Made by a program: the position numbers and the translations under genes
Notes under the pieces: model-generated
Told to the model about the DNA's origin: nothing
The model's database searches: none
Seen by the model: the letters and a program-made list of their open reading frames with translations, nothing else
Shown here: positions 1-14,400 of the stretch, piece by piece
Position numbering within the stretch: the first letter of the stretch is position 1
Layout of the letters: every line of letters starts with the position of its first letter
Source of the DNA: Ginkgo biloba
Lineage: Eukaryota; Plantae; Ginkgophyta
Assembly (NCBI GenBank): GCA_024626585.2
Contig: JANKJI020000001.1
Span: forward strand, 10,521,601 to 10,550,288
DNA length: 28,688 nt
Direction: 5' to 3'

Positions 1-1342
1 AAGACTCATAAATGAGGGTAAAGCCTTGAATCTCTTAATAGTCTCCTTAGACAAGCAACAACGACCTCTAGATCATAATCTATTAGACAAAACCTCCTCA
101 AAATATTGAATACCATTAAGAATATCATGATCAACATCAATTGTCCTCAGGGGGAGGAGTACGATATCCCACCTCTATTACATTACATTGCAATTTGTCA
201 GACTGTACATAAAATTTCAATTTGTCAAAATAAAGTTTTAAGTTACCTCCAAAGGATGCCTCCTCGTCACTAGGGATGAGAAAGTGAGGATCATCCCTTC
301 AATCCAATATAGCATAGGGATGATGAATGAACACTACATTCGCAGTTGATGCAAAATAACCAAGGTTGGTTGCACTCACTCCAACTCTACGTTGTCCTAA
401 AGAAACCACACCAGTGTCAAAATGTGGGATCAAGGAAGATCATTCGGCCATCCAAGGAATAGAAGGGTCCAATAGAGAAGGCGTAGGGCCTGGTCTAAGC
501 CTAGGCAACCTCTCAAAGAAAATGATCATCAACACAGAAGGAAGATTGAACTGACACTTCCCATGACTACATGCATCCAAACCTCGGATGAGCTCATTGG
601 GCATACACCTACTCCAAGAAAACAACTAATCAAGCACTGCACATCTATGTATGAGGTTCTCAAACTTTAGTGGGACTCTAGAGCCTTTACCCTAGTGAGT
701 TAACTAGTTGTAGATGATGCAGGCCACCCATCTAATATGATCATCCACAATAGTATCTACAACCAACATACCTCTAGAGCTCACGTGTCTATCAAAACCC
801 ATCCACTGGGAGGCAACCTAGTTCACACCTATATAGGGAAATAGTGAAGCCAAAGAAGACAAATCAATCTCAGTCCCTCTTCAGGACAAGCCAATATAGA
901 AATAAACATCCTTAGTGATTTGGAACTAAGAATCAGTTTCACATTAAACTTGTGAGTTTCTGAAGTCCACCATGAAATAATCAAATTGACTAAGTCATTA
1001 TTTGTTCTTAGAGGTGGAGCAAGGGAGAAATTTTATAGACCACACTATTGCAAGCAAGATCTAACATCATCTGACATGTCTTCTAGATGTTACAATTCAT
1101 CCAGAATCCTTTCATGACCAACCCATTGATTTTCATTGGCCATAATGGTAAACTGAGCGAAACAAAAGTCGAATCTTGCAAAGAAACATCAAAACACGAA
1201 TAAGTAACTTAAAACATTAATAAACTTTACAAAAAATTCAAAAAATGTGAAATTTGGCCTTACTGGCCATCAATCACTTTTTCACATTAATGTATGAACA
1301 AATGCATTGATCAACTCATAACAGCGCAATCTTGCATGCCAT

Positions 1343-1480
1343 TCGATGCGCTCGATTTAAAAAATATGCACTAGTGGGGGCGCAATCATATTTTCAAAAA
1401 AATTGCAAAAATCGACGCGCCCGATTGTAGAAAGATGCGAAGGTGGGTGCACAGTTGTATTTAAAAAAAATGCCAAAAAA
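1343..1480. repeat. Degenerate tandem duplication, 2 x ~69 bp
   Basis: TCGATGCGCTCGATTTAAAAAATATGC... at 1343 versus TCGACGCGCCCGATTGTAGAAAGATGC... at 1412; both units end in TATTT-polyA-TGC-polyA. Confidence 0.65.
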
Positions 1481-1601
1481 AATAGATTGCAAGAAAATAC
1501 AATGGAAATACAAAGATTGGGTCAAATAAATACCTACTAGTAGCTATTGACTTCATCCAGACCACCAGAGCTCCCAAATCTCAATGGTGCAAAATGGCAA
1601 A

Positions 1602-2485
1602 TGTTATAACCCTAATTAGGAATAATTATTAATAAGAAAATAGTTAGTATCATGACCTTTATTAGTATTACTAAATGGGTAGCTAATATAACTTGAACAT
1701 GGAAGTTAACAATCAAAACTCAAAGTTAGAAAGACTCACAATTTTGAAGGCTGATTTCAAATAAATAAAGAGAAAAATTAGTAGCATGAATAAAGATCTA
1801 GTAGATATAAATAAAAAATTAGTCTAATTGTTAGGACAAAGTCCACCTTCATCCCAATAACAAACGCTCCTACAACAACTATAAAAGGCCACTGCGACAA
1901 CCCGAACAACCTCAAGTAGGCTATATTGTGATTGAAGAATATCCAAATATACCTTTCGAATTACCAATTTATAATATGACTTCGTCCCAAAATTACTCAT
2001 ATGCAATCCAAAACAATATTATTCATCATACAGGGAAAGTCCCTTGGAAGTCTAAAACAAGTACCGATCGATATCGTCAGCCTAAGAAATTGAATTATAA
2101 TGTTGTGTAATATGAAAATACTTGGCAACTTAATAGAAAAAATTCCATGAAAATAACATCCATCACATAGCACCCGAACCTTGCTAATGCATTCGACATT
2201 CAATTAATTGCTAGAAAAAACCCATGCTTGTCAATCTATGAGTAGATGAAATGCACAAATAGAATTGATGTCAAAACATCCAAATGCCGACTAGACATAT
2301 GACATCTTGTTGAATCCGCAAGGCCATATCTATTTCGATAATGCTCCAAGGACGCAACAGTTTTTAAGAAGGGAGGGAATGTTATGACCCTAGTTAGGAA
2401 TAATTATTAGTAAGTTGATAATTAGTATCAGGACCTCTACTAGTATTAATTATCGGGTAATTAGTATAACTCAAGTGAAAGGTCA
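1602..2485 (+). mobile_element. Small or internally deleted LTR retrotransposon: two related LTR 5' ends (1602 and 2380) with a PPT at 2366-2379
   Basis: TGTTATAACCCTAATTAGGAATAATTATT... versus TGTTATGACCCTAGTTAGGAATAATTATT..., about 80% identical over about 90 bp by manual alignment; AAGAAGGGAGGGAA abuts the TG of the second copy, which runs into an N gap. Confidence 0.7.
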
Positions 2486-2903
2486 NNNNNNNNNNNNNNN
2501 NNNNNNNNNNNNNNNNNNNNNNNNNNNNNACCTCTTCGTAATCTATATATAGGCCATTCGGACCATTTGAAACATATCATTCATTCATCATTCTGTGAAA
2601 TGCCAATCATTTATTTAGAAACACCCTTCAAGGTAGTTTTAGTAAAAATGAGTGGTAAAAAGATTTTTATGCCCATGTCACTTTTAGTTTTACCCTTTTG
2701 CTCCAAAGTTGTGTTGGTTTTCTATAGATTAAACCAAATTTGGTTGGAATGGATGATTCTACATGTGTTTATGGTTTCACAGATGGAACCGTGTGACAAT
2801 ATTNNNNNNNNNNNNNNNNNNNNNNNNNNNNNNNNNNNNNNNNNNNNNNNNNNNNNNNNNNNNNNNNNNNNNNNNNNNNNNNNNNNNNNNNNNNNNNNNN
2901 NNN

Positions 2904-3780
2904 CATTATTTCTAGTCCGCCAATCATTCTTTGCATCGAATGGCTCATATGCAATTGATTTTCCCTCAACTCTAGGTGACATTCTTCTTGGTTATTTTTT
3001 CCAAGTCCAAAAAACTCGAGCGGCTAGGTTTCTCCCATCTGCCTCCGATTCACTACTTGCGGACCGATTTTCCTCACCACATAGATCTGCTACTCTTCCG
3101 GATAGGCTTTCTTCTAGTGCTCCACCTGCGTCTCACCTTTAAATAGGGGTTGTCTTCTCTGTTNNNNNNNNNNNNNNNNNNNNNTAGAATTTCTCACTCC
3201 CACGACGCTCTTAAATCAAACTTGTATGACATTCTACATCGTATTTTATCTTCACAAATTTGAATTTTTTCTTATGCCCTAGGGTTTAAACCCCTTAGTT
3301 TATAATTCTTTGAACATGTACTGCAACTAGGGTTTTGAAACCCTTCATGATTCTTCACACTCAAATTTGCTCGTACCTCTCCCGAACCACACTCAAATTT
3401 TCTCGTTAAAACATTTAGGGTAGTCAGTCATCTCCAAAAAACAAGGCAATAACAAAATTTCTTCACAACACGAATATGTACACACAAGTTATCGAACCTT
3501 CTCTAATACCATATTAAATTTCAGAGTGCACATACTGTCAAAGTATTGGCATTAAACCACCACTCTGATAGATGTCACACCATNNNNNNNNNNNNNNNNN
3601 NNNNNNNNNNNNNNNNNNNNNNNNNNNNNNNNNNNNNNNNNNNNNNNNNNNNNNNNNNNNNNNNNNNNNNNNNACTTAACTACTGACCTTAACTACCCTT
3701 AACCTCAACTATGTGACCACATTCAACATTTACTTTGTGACTAATAAATGTGACTCCTAATAACATTAATATTCCTAACA
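2904..3780 (-). mobile_element. LTR retrotransposon 5' end: LTR (3780-3512), tRNA-Met PBS (3511-3500) and leader
   Basis: The minus strand starts TGTTAGGAAT at 3780 and ends ...TTTAATA, followed directly by TGGTATTAGAG, one mismatch to the canonical PBS TGGTATCAGAG. The leader has TAGGGTTT motifs common in plant retroelement leaders. Confidence 0.6.
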
Positions 3781-5334
3781 AATGGAACAATTTGACCCCT
3801 AATTAGAGTCACCCTACTCTATATTAGTCATTTTCCAATTTATGATTTTCAACAACTTACATTATTTTATTTGAATAGATTTCAGATTTCAAACTCATAC
3901 TATTTACAANNNNNNNNNNNNNNNNNNNNNNNNNNNNNNNNNNNNNNNNNNNNNNNNNNNNNNNNNNNNNNNNNNNNNNNNNNNNNNNNNNNNNNNNNNN
4001 NNNNNNNNNNNNNNNNNNNNNNNNNNNNNNNNNNNNNNNNNNNNNNNNNNNNNNNNNNNNNNNNNNNNNNNNNNNNNNNNNNNNNNNNNNNNNNNNNNNN
4101 NNNNNNNNNNNNNNNNNNNNNNNNNNNNNNNNNNNNNNNNNNNNNNNNNNNNNNNNNNNNNNNNNNNNNNNNNNNNNNNNNNNNNNNNNNNNNNNNNNNN
4201 NNNNNNNNNNNNNNNNNNNNNNNNNNNNNNNNNNNNNNNNNNNNNNNNNNNNNNNNNNNNNNNNNNNNNNNNNNNNNNNNNNNNNNNNNNNNNNNNNNNN
4301 NNNNNNNNNNNNNNNNNNNNNNNNNNNNNNNNNNNNNNNNNNNNNNNNNNNNNNNNNNNNNNNNNNNNNNNNNNNNNNNNNNNNNNNNNNNNNNNNNNNN
4401 NNNNNNNNNNNNNNNNNNNNNNNNNNNNNNNNNNNNNNNNNNNNNNNNNNNNNNNNNNNNNNNNNNNNNNNNNNNNNNNNNNNNNNNNNNNNNNNNNNNN
4501 NNNNNNNNNNNNNNNNNNNNNNNNNNNNNNNNNNNNNNNNNNNNNNNNNNNNNTTTATTGGAGGTGCCCTATGCTAGATTAACCAAGGGCCCTTATCTTT
4601 CCCTTTTTCTCTCTCCTCACCACTTTCTCAAGTGAACTAACCAATAGTTGCAATACATAAGTGCTTGCTTCACAATTAAACTTATCTCTCTTCACAGATT
4701 TAGAGATAAGACTTACTTGTTTCTGTGATGTAACACTCAACCCAAGAGAATATAATATTTTCTTGTCTGTGCCATTTGGTCTTGCCTCTACATGAATGCA
4801 TTACATCGATTGTATTGGTTCTACAAACATGACAAAGACTTTTTCTATAGTTTGTGCACCCTTATACTATGTACTGGGTATTTAATAGTGCAACCATTGT
4901 TATTCTATTCATCATCCCAATTTCAATTCCTATTAGGCTTCAATGTCATCGCTTTTAAAAACTTGTGCTTCTTTATAGTGTAATGAATTTGGAAACATAT
5001 TCTAAAGTTTGTTTGGGACATTATCAATATGACCATTATAATAATAAAATTTATGCTTGCAATAGCAAACTATGGGACTTGAATGAGTACACATGGTGAC
5101 AATATATTATGCTAGGTGAAATGACTATTGATTACAATGACATTTTTTCTACTATTTGGATGATTTGTCAATTGCAATATTAATGGCAGGTAATGTGGAC
5201 GTCTTACACTTTCACAAACACACGAGGACATTGTAGAAGTTTCTCATGTTTTTCCTTTTTTGACATTTAACTTTCTAAGAGTATTCTTCAACACTTGATT
5301 TCTATATATGCCTTCTGAATATAAGAAATATCAC

Positions 5335-5412
5335 CTGCATTGAGCGGAGTAATGCTCGTAAATCAGCATTCTCAGCCATCAGTTCCTGCTTCTTTGTTTC
5401 ATATGCATCCAC
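5335..5412 (-). CDS. MSD1: MSD1-like exon (VDAYETKKQELMAENADLRALLRSMQ); last visible exon
   Basis: 78 nt, TTGTAG|GTG...CAG|GTGATA; no stop codon, so further exons must follow. Confidence 0.94.
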
Positions 5413-8400
5413 CTACAAGATCCTAAATTTAAGTGACACAGAAGAAATACCTATAGGAAGATTCCTACTACTCTATATCAAAAGGGTTAAGGTTCATTCC
5501 ACATACAATCATTTTATAAAATTCACCATCAGCCTTCTTGCCATTCCATGTTCCACGTTGTCGTCCCTCTTTCTACTTGCATAAAGGAAAAGAAGACAAT
5601 AGATGTAAATATAAATTTCGAAAGCCTCAGGCCAAAGTCTTAAATCCATAATTTAATGAACTCAAGAAGCAGGCCATTTACTACCTTGCATATATTGAGA
5701 TTGATATACTATCTAATGCATACCTGTAGCAAGTTCATGATTTCAATGCCTGATTTAGACTCTTTCTTTTTCTCCATTAGGACCTGATTGAGTCTCTCCT
5801 GAAATGGCATTTCCCACAATGAGCTTTGCAAAAAGAATTTAAAATGATCACATACAATCATTAAATAAGGAAAAATGATGTCATAGAAATTGTATTTTAG
5901 GATTAGAAATTGAAACNNNNNNNNNNNNNNNNNNNNNNNNNNNNNNNNNNNNNNNNNNNNNNNNNNNNNNNNNNNNNNNNNNNNNNNNNNNNNNNNNNNN
6001 NNNNNNNNNNNNNNNNTCACAAGATATCCATCATGTTAGTTGTCACAAATGACGCTTAGACCCAACTAATAAAGTTCATAGGTGAACTCTTCCCGTATCT
6101 ATAGAAAGAGTTTGAATTTCTTGATGTGACCACCCTTGACAAAGCATTTCAATATGCCTTAGAGGTGGAGCGTTGTGTGAAAAAACACCAATTAATCAAA
6201 ACACAACAAGCCTCTCCTCAGTCCACCTCTCATTCTGGCTCTCCTCATTAGCAGAAAAGCAATTATAAGGGAACATATCGGAAGAAACAACCACCATCTC
6301 AACCTTCCTCATTAGGTCCTTCCATTGTTGACAAAGGAAAAGGACAACGGAAATACTCATGCTATCATAAATGCCACAGAAATTTAGATAATGAGTGTCT
6401 CAAATAGAAAATCTTGGCAAAGAACAAAACCTTAGTGCCATAGGAAGCTGATACACCTAGCAAAGAGGAACCCAAGGTACTTCTTATCCAGGTTACCACC
6501 AATCTGTGTCTAATTCTCATGATTGAACCCTCAACTCCAGCAAATAGGGAAGCTCTATTCACCCAAAATTGTCAAATCAAAGATCAGATATGCCTGCTCA
6601 TCTTGGACAATGGAAGGATCAAGAACCTCATTTTTGTTGAGCTCGTTGAAAAGTTGAAGTTGCCCACTGAGCCACACCCATCCCCATACCATTTGTGTTG
6701 GGTTACCAAAAAAAGTCTTACCAACAGGGTTGACAAGGTTTACAAGTTCACCTTTGTAATTGACCCCTTCGTTGAAACAATCATATGCAATGTTTCACCC
6801 ATGGATTGGTGTGACCTTCTCACTCAAAATTGTTTACCTCACTCTTGAACAATATTATTTGTTGTTGAACTGCCTTTTCCTCTGACCTCCCAACTTAAGA
6901 AAATTCACTCTTGTCAAATGTTAACTAAACGTGGGTCGCAGGTGTGGAATCCATAGTCAACAACCGGTTAACATTCATTTACATATATATATATGTATTT
7001 GGACATTCATTTGTCATGAATATGTAGCATAGAATTAAAGCACAAACATCAATGGAAGAATGTGGCGTACAATAACATCATTTATTACTTCAAGAATGAT
7101 AGTCCATGGCATTGAATGTTAGGGTGAGGCTTCTCACACTAAATTCTAGGCATTTACACTCGGCTCTCACATCTAGGACACACTTTCTCTCTCTTGTTTA
7201 TGGTTTTCGCTCTTCTCATTGAATGAAATAACATGAGTGTTATAAAAATGGGTTGTAACCCTAATCCTAAGTGACTCATCAATAATGTTTTTGAACTTTC
7301 TTGACCTTTATTAAATGCTCCCTCATTAGGGCATTAAATGAGACCTGCTATAAGTGCCTCTCATTAATGCATAATAAATGTGACTTAGGGTTACACTTAG
7401 AATGACATCATAATTTTAGGTTTTTCTCTCCTAGTTAATATAACTTGGGTCTACAATAAATGCTACAATTAATGAAACATAATTTCTCCTTAATTAATGC
7501 AATAAGTGTTGGAATATTTAATATGTAGTCACCTTCCTTATGTTTATTCATTGTATTTAATGTAATTGTACTTTACGTAATTAATGATGTACTTATGTTG
7601 TCATTATTGAACTAATCATAACTTCTGAAGGANNNNNNNNNNNNNNNNNNNNNNNNNNNNNNNNNNNNNNNNNNNNNNNNNNNNNNNNNNNNNNNNNNNN
7701 NNNNNNNNNNNNNNNNNNNNNNNNNNNNNNNNTTGGTGGCATTACGAAGACCCTTGGCTATCCCAAAGGTTTTAGCAGAAAGCTTGACCTTCGTGACAAC
7801 TAGGGTAAATGAAAACATAACTAGGTTGTTTGAATCTCATATTCTATGCCAAGAGACTTGGGTTTTTATAGGCAATGAAACCAAGATTTACTATGAAAAG
7901 GGATCACATTAAAAGGGCCATCGGGGCGCTAATGATAGTCCCAGAAGAGACAAGAATGGCTGTCTTGTTGCTCTCACCAATAGGACTACATTTTGGTGTA
8001 TGGAAAGTAGATCATCAACCACTGAGATGATGGAGATCAACTATACATACATGTTCATTATAGATAGAAGTAAGGCACAATGGATACAATGGAAAGTAAT
8101 TGATATCACTATTAAATAGAGTACATTGTTCAAGGTACAACTGCTTGATTACATCATAGAATGATACCACTAGTGCATTGATGATTTAGACTACCGCAAG
8201 GGATTACATTTATAGGTTTTGAGTATGCCTTTCTATAAGGTTGCCATCTATTCCTAACTATAATGTTATCTAATTATGCCAACTAACAATTTTAATGGGT
8301 TCACTAATACAGTGGTTAGTACAAGGATTATTTTTGCGATCTTGGTAATCATTTTGTTACAATCGAGAACTCAATTCATTTTCCTAAGATGATCAATCTC

Positions 8401-11400
8401 ACGGTCATTTGTGATCAGACATTAGAATTGGTCGCAATCAGACACTGTCTACTACTGGTGTTATCAAATACTGTTACTTGCTATGATCGACCATTATTGT
8501 TGTGTCACAACTAGATACTCATTGTTGTACTATGACCGAATACTATTGCTTGTTGTGATTGCCCACTATCGGTTGCAACTAGTTGGCTTGCGAACAAATT
8601 CTATGTAGTAAAAATACTTGCTAACAATATCCTCCTAGTTTGTTATTGCAAACATTACAACTCCTCTTAAGACTAGTTGCAAACATCCCAGAGTTAGAGG
8701 ATCATTTTATTTTCAAATTTCCATCTTGCTATGAGATGAGATATATTACTACCTTTCTTTAGACTCTCATGGGTCCCTTCCATCTTTCTTTAGATACGGA
8801 AACTAGAGGTGTGTGGCTCTTTTCCTACGAGAGATTACTCTCTTCCACCTGTAACTCCTGACACCCACTACTATGACTACTAAGAGAAGGGATAGACATA
8901 TCACTTCTTTCATTCCATGAATGAGAGTTCTAGTCGGAAGTGTCACATTGAGCAGGATACAACACAAAGGATTGTTGGACAATACATCAAATCCCAACAA
9001 CAACCCCAATAACACCCGCTCTTATCATCTGACAAGAGGAGGCTCCCTCGCTAGAACACCCCTACATTGACGCCAGACACACGCCACAAACAAAGCGCCA
9101 TGTCACTACCTAATAGACAAATCACCAATTTTTTTCCTTAGCAACTGCCACCCCCTCAGCCTTGTATGTTAGGATAGATGGGGTTGGATCATNNNNNNNN
9201 NNNNNNNNNNNNNNNNNNNNNNNNNNNNNNNNNNNNNNNNNNNNNNNNNNNNNNNNNNNNNNNNNNNNNNNNNNNNNNNNNNNNNNNNNNNNGAGACCCA
9301 TGCCCGACATAATTCCATGCCACAACTTGATAAACAGATCACTTGCTTTTTTATTGTGGCGACCACCGCTCCCTCAACCTTGGATGTGAGGACAAAAGGG
9401 ATTGGACCATCTTCTCCCTTGGATCTATGACATAGTCATTGATTGGTTTGCCTTATGGATGAGACATGGGCTTGGAGTGACACACACTCTTATGATATTT
9501 TGATATCCCCTTTCTCCTCTGGGAAGCACTTGGAAGCCCTTCATTGTCTTATATTGTACATTTTGAGTAGTTTGCCTTGTACATTTTGAACACATTTTTG
9601 TACATGACATACCATGACACCTATTTTGTAAACTTTGAGATAGATTCAACATTAGGCTTAGATACGACATTGCCACTCTAGCACCCACACAAATTATCTC
9701 ACAAGATGTGCTACTTACAATCCCATTGATTGCTTTTGGTCATTAACGGACATTAATACTACTACTTCCTTTCTTTCATATGGCTTGGTTCTTTAGAGTG
9801 AGTCCAATTTCTAAAAAATTTTTACTAAAACTACAATATCCACAGAAATAATTTACCTTGGTATGTAGGGGATTGTAGCTTTTAGAAGCCCTTGTATATA
9901 ATTGTCTATTTCCAACTCAAACAAGTCTTCAAAATCAATACTCCCTTCCAGAAGAACGAAAGGCCCTTCACTTATATCTTGGAAAAATCCTTCTTGACAT
10001 CTCATTTCTTCAAACTAGTGTCTTCCNNNNNNNNNNNNNNNNNNATTTTACTTGAGGTAGTGACAAATGATCTGGCATCTAATGTAGCTTCCTTTTCTCA
10101 CAAAATTGCTAATGAATATCTTTTTAACAAGCAATGGATTCCTATTTCTTCTACAACATAGCCATCCCTGTTTGCAGCATCCACAAAAAATAATGAAAGT
10201 GTCAAGGTTTCAAACTAATGCTTTGTTGTTTCAAAAACCAAAACTCCTTTTGCCAACAAAGACTTCTTTCTATGATCCCACTTCCTACATTTGTGGTCAC
10301 AAACTGAGCTTTGTATCATCCACAATTAACATATATTAGTTTGTGCGAAAGGCATCTATGTGTATTATGTAAGGTGATGTCAGGGAGATGCGTATTTTGC
10401 TAAGGTGTCGCATGCTCATGTTTTGTAACAATATTGGTGAGTCCACTTGCCTTGTTATGCATATCATAGCTTGTAGGAGAAGCTATCAGTTGGAGGGATC
10501 TTGCCAAAACACTAAGAGAAGTTGGACTTGGATTAGTCCAAAGTAAGGTCGACTAATATTGCAATTTTATGTAAGGTTTTCTAAGTTTGCTGAGACTATA
10601 AGCACTCAGCTAACCTTCATGCTATGATCACATTCCTTGACTGCAGTTAACTGCAAGGTTATACCAATCTAATGGATGACATGTTACCTATGTACATGAC
10701 ACTTGGCAAACTACAGTTGGCTTGAAATAGGTCTAATATGGCTAGCTGTGTATTGCCATTAAACAGTGTAGGGGGGACATAAATAACTGCCAACATTCAT
10801 TTGTGCTAGTCTTTGGCTTTGATTTATTTGTTGATGGAGATGCCTCCATGCACTTGACTATTGTATTCATTCCTTGGTATTTGTCTTTATCTTACTGCTA
10901 TTATTATATTCTGCAGTTCATGATCCCTTGGTGACATTATTGTACTCTGCTGCATATTATCTTGTGTTGGATATTATCCTATATACACTCCAATGATTCT
11001 AATTCATATTCTGCAATTAGCTGCTCATTACAATATGCTACTTTTGGGGGATCCTAATAGTGATATCAGAACTGAATGTCATAGTCACGGCCACTTTGGA
11101 CTCGCAGGTATCCATACATAAATTAAGTTACCACATATAATATTAAAGTTAANNNNNNNNNNNNNNNNNNNNNNNNNNNNNNNNNNNNNNNNNNNNNNNN
11201 NNNNNNNNNNNNNNNNNNNNNNNNNNNNNNNNNNNNNNNNNNNNNNNNNNNNNNNNNNNNNNNNNNNNNNNNNNNNNNNNNNNNNNNNNNNNNNNNNNNN
11301 NNNNNNNNNNNNNNNNNNNNNNNNNNNNNNNNNNNNNNNNNNNNNNNNNNNNNNNNNNNNNNNNNNNNNNNNNNNNNNNNNNNNNNNNNNNNNNNNNNNN

Positions 11401-14400
11401 NNNNNNNNNNNNNNNNNNNNNNNCCCTAACCTGTGGTTCCTAACATATCACTTCTGAGTAGACTTTAGATTTTAATTTGGATGGCTCCTTCAAGGAAATG
11501 CCTGCAGGCAAACATGCTTTCTGATATTCTGCATTTATGTTTCATGTTCATCTTGTTTCAACTGCCAATATTATATTCTATCAAGTGTATGCTTTGATTT
11601 TCCATTATTGTATTCATTTGAATTTCACCAATTGGATTTAATTGCATATGGTCTGTGTTCTTCAGATTATGGTGATAATCTGCTCTATTTGTGTGGGCTG
11701 AGCCCAGGATCCTAGCAATTGTATCCAATCTGAATACCGGAGTTTATGACTGGAAACCTGGTTTCAGAGAAGTCTGTTGTTTACTGTGGTTTTGCAGATT
11801 TAGGAGATGATAGTGCTTCCATCCATCCTTAAAGCATTGCATTCTACAAAACATTCCAAATTAAGCTGTTGCAAAACTCAATCCCAAGGTATCAAGGCAC
11901 ACCATAGCATGGAAATTAATTTGATTTCTCATCCCGTGTAGCCAATCGCAAGTGGATGGAAACTTCTCTTCAGCATGATAAACAGAACCTTGGCCTTGTT
12001 TATGTTTGACTTTAAATCCTAGCTTCTGTCCAAAAAGTCCTTAAGGCTTTGATGTGTTCAAAGAAAGCACATTATTCAAGTTAAAAAAATGATAACCCTT
12101 GCATGCAAGACAAAGTGTTGACATACAATGCTATGGGTATTCCCCTTCTATTTCTGCCCGAATGCCTCAAGTGACCATGGAACCATGTTGGTAGCTCCAA
12201 GAGGCTACAAACATATAGACCAAGATGGATGAAAGTTCTCTCCATGACTATGTTTAACTAGAAGATATCTAAGATCCCCTAAGGTTCTCAAATTTGTGTT
12301 AACTCGTACATCTCATGTACAGATGTAGTTAAGTTCCCTAAGGCTCCGTCCTAAACAGTAGTTATATTGGAACCGTGCTCATAGCCTCAAGTAAGATAAC
12401 AAGCTAGAAGTACAGTTTCTTGCAATGAAAAATCAAGCTTTCTAAGATTCTTGTCTATCTAAAATAGTTTTAAATATCAACAAACATAAAACAAATAGAC
12501 CAAAACTCCACTAATGCAAAAAAATTGCACACCCCATGAAATTCTCCTACCTAATCAGATAAGTAACTTATTATAAGAGCATTACATGCTTTTCTTGTGC
12601 TAAGAAAAATGATGTGATTAACAGTAAGTTTGTGATGCTGCTGAAAAATAAGCAAACCTATTTACCTGCAATTTGACGTATTCCTTCTCCTTTTTCTTCA
12701 TCTCATGTATCTGTTTTGTCCGGATTTGCTATACAGTGATTTCAAATAATACAGAGAGACAAAAAGGCACAAAAGGTAAGCCTGAGAACTTTCATATATA
12801 CTGCCTGAAAAGAGAAAATAAAGAACTTGAATTAATGTAACATGTTGGGAGAATAATGTGAGGAAAAATCTGTTCAGAATTTGTTAGCTAAACCAACCTG
12901 GTTCCCAATAACCATCCTTTGAAATTCATCACGCTCTTGTTGCAGCTTCTCAATTTGAGCCTTAGATGCCGCAGAAGCTTTTTGTTCCTGGTCACTTACA
13001 ACTCTCAGTATTATAATAGATGAAGTTGAGAGTAAGAAATATTTGAAAGACCAGAAAACTATTTGAATAGTTTCTATTAAAATCAGTCATTTGCTTCTNN
13101 NNNNNNNNNNNNNNNNNNNNNNNNNNNNNNNNNNNNNNNNNNNNNNNNNNNNNNNNNNNNNNNNNNNNNNNNNNNNNNNNNNNNNNNNNNNNNNNNNNTA
13201 TATTTCGTTTTCTTATCTTATGCTTTGCATGTTACATGTCATCTTGAATTTGTAGCTTAGTAGTTTAATCAGTTATTCCATTCTAAAAAAATCACAATAC
13301 TAATTATTATATTGAAAGTATAACTTAATATTTTTATAATTTTCCCTTGTAGGATGAAGAGATGAGAAATAAAATAAAACTTATAGAACATAAGTGGTTT
13401 TGATTAAAAAATGATCACAAGTTTGTCATTAGAAGTCCTAAATAATTTATTCTATGTAATAAGTATTTTATCTATTCATCTTCCTACTTTAATATTTTGT
13501 ATATGTAGAATGAAACTAAGTTTTACCTTACTCTACCAAGAAATACAAGATACTCCCAACAAGTACTCTTCATGTTTACAAGTTTATGTTGCTCATAGAT
13601 ATATGTTAGTGTAATGGAATTATTTGGTGCTCAAATGTATTATTATAGACTTAACTTTTGGCTCATTAAAGCGATTTTGAGCATATATACATGCATGTTA
13701 CAAATAATATATCCCATTGATACTTTGATTACATTTATATCCTTGATAGTGATCTAATACACCTCATATTTGTTAATGATAGTAAATTCGTTTTGTATGG
13801 TAAAAATTAGAAACTATACTTAATAGATAGTAGATAACTAATACCAAGAGCATGCCCACATTTGGATAACATTTATTGATGGTTTATAAATGATGAACAT
13901 TAATCCTTAGAATGTTATTTATGACATGTAATAATGTTAGTTAAAATGATGTAAGAGTTCCACTCATGATGTATTGAGTTCAAATGTTTCACTCGTGCGT
14001 ATACTCATAATTTTACTTTATAAAAATTACTTAGATCTTAAGTGTTTTGGACATTTTTATTCTAAGGTTTAGAACACTTTCGTCATAAAAATTATATGAA
14101 ACACTTGACAAAGAAATAAAAGGTTGTATAGATAGAACTTTTAATTCTTATGTTTTCTTGGAACATGATGTGCATAGTTAATACTCCCACTTGTATTATG
14201 ATAGAATTCAACTTTCGTATTTTAGATTATTTTCATTCCTTGGATATCAATAGTTCCTTATAGATATCTTTTTGAACCCTAGATGAATGACATATTAACT
14301 TTTATAAAAGGAATTTAATAAAATACGATCATTCTAAAACAAGATATATTTTTATTGTACAAGAGAAGCAAAAGTAATTTTTTTCATACACAAGATCAAA

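Noticed and set aside
1-1200. Possible retroelement gag/pol fragment (ORFs 366..554 and 440..625)
   Set aside because: Probably TE-derived, but I could not recognise any diagnostic motif, nor the next MSD1 exon (xDMRDFLNAP-like).
8405-8595. CRISPR-like repeat array (also considered for 25028-25089)
   Set aside because: Eukaryotic context, no cas genes, and the repeats are too short or degenerate with spacers too short.
10045-10170. hAT-transposase-like words (LEVVTNDLASN on +, VVEEIG on -)
   Set aside because: The two motifs are on opposite strands and too short to support a call.
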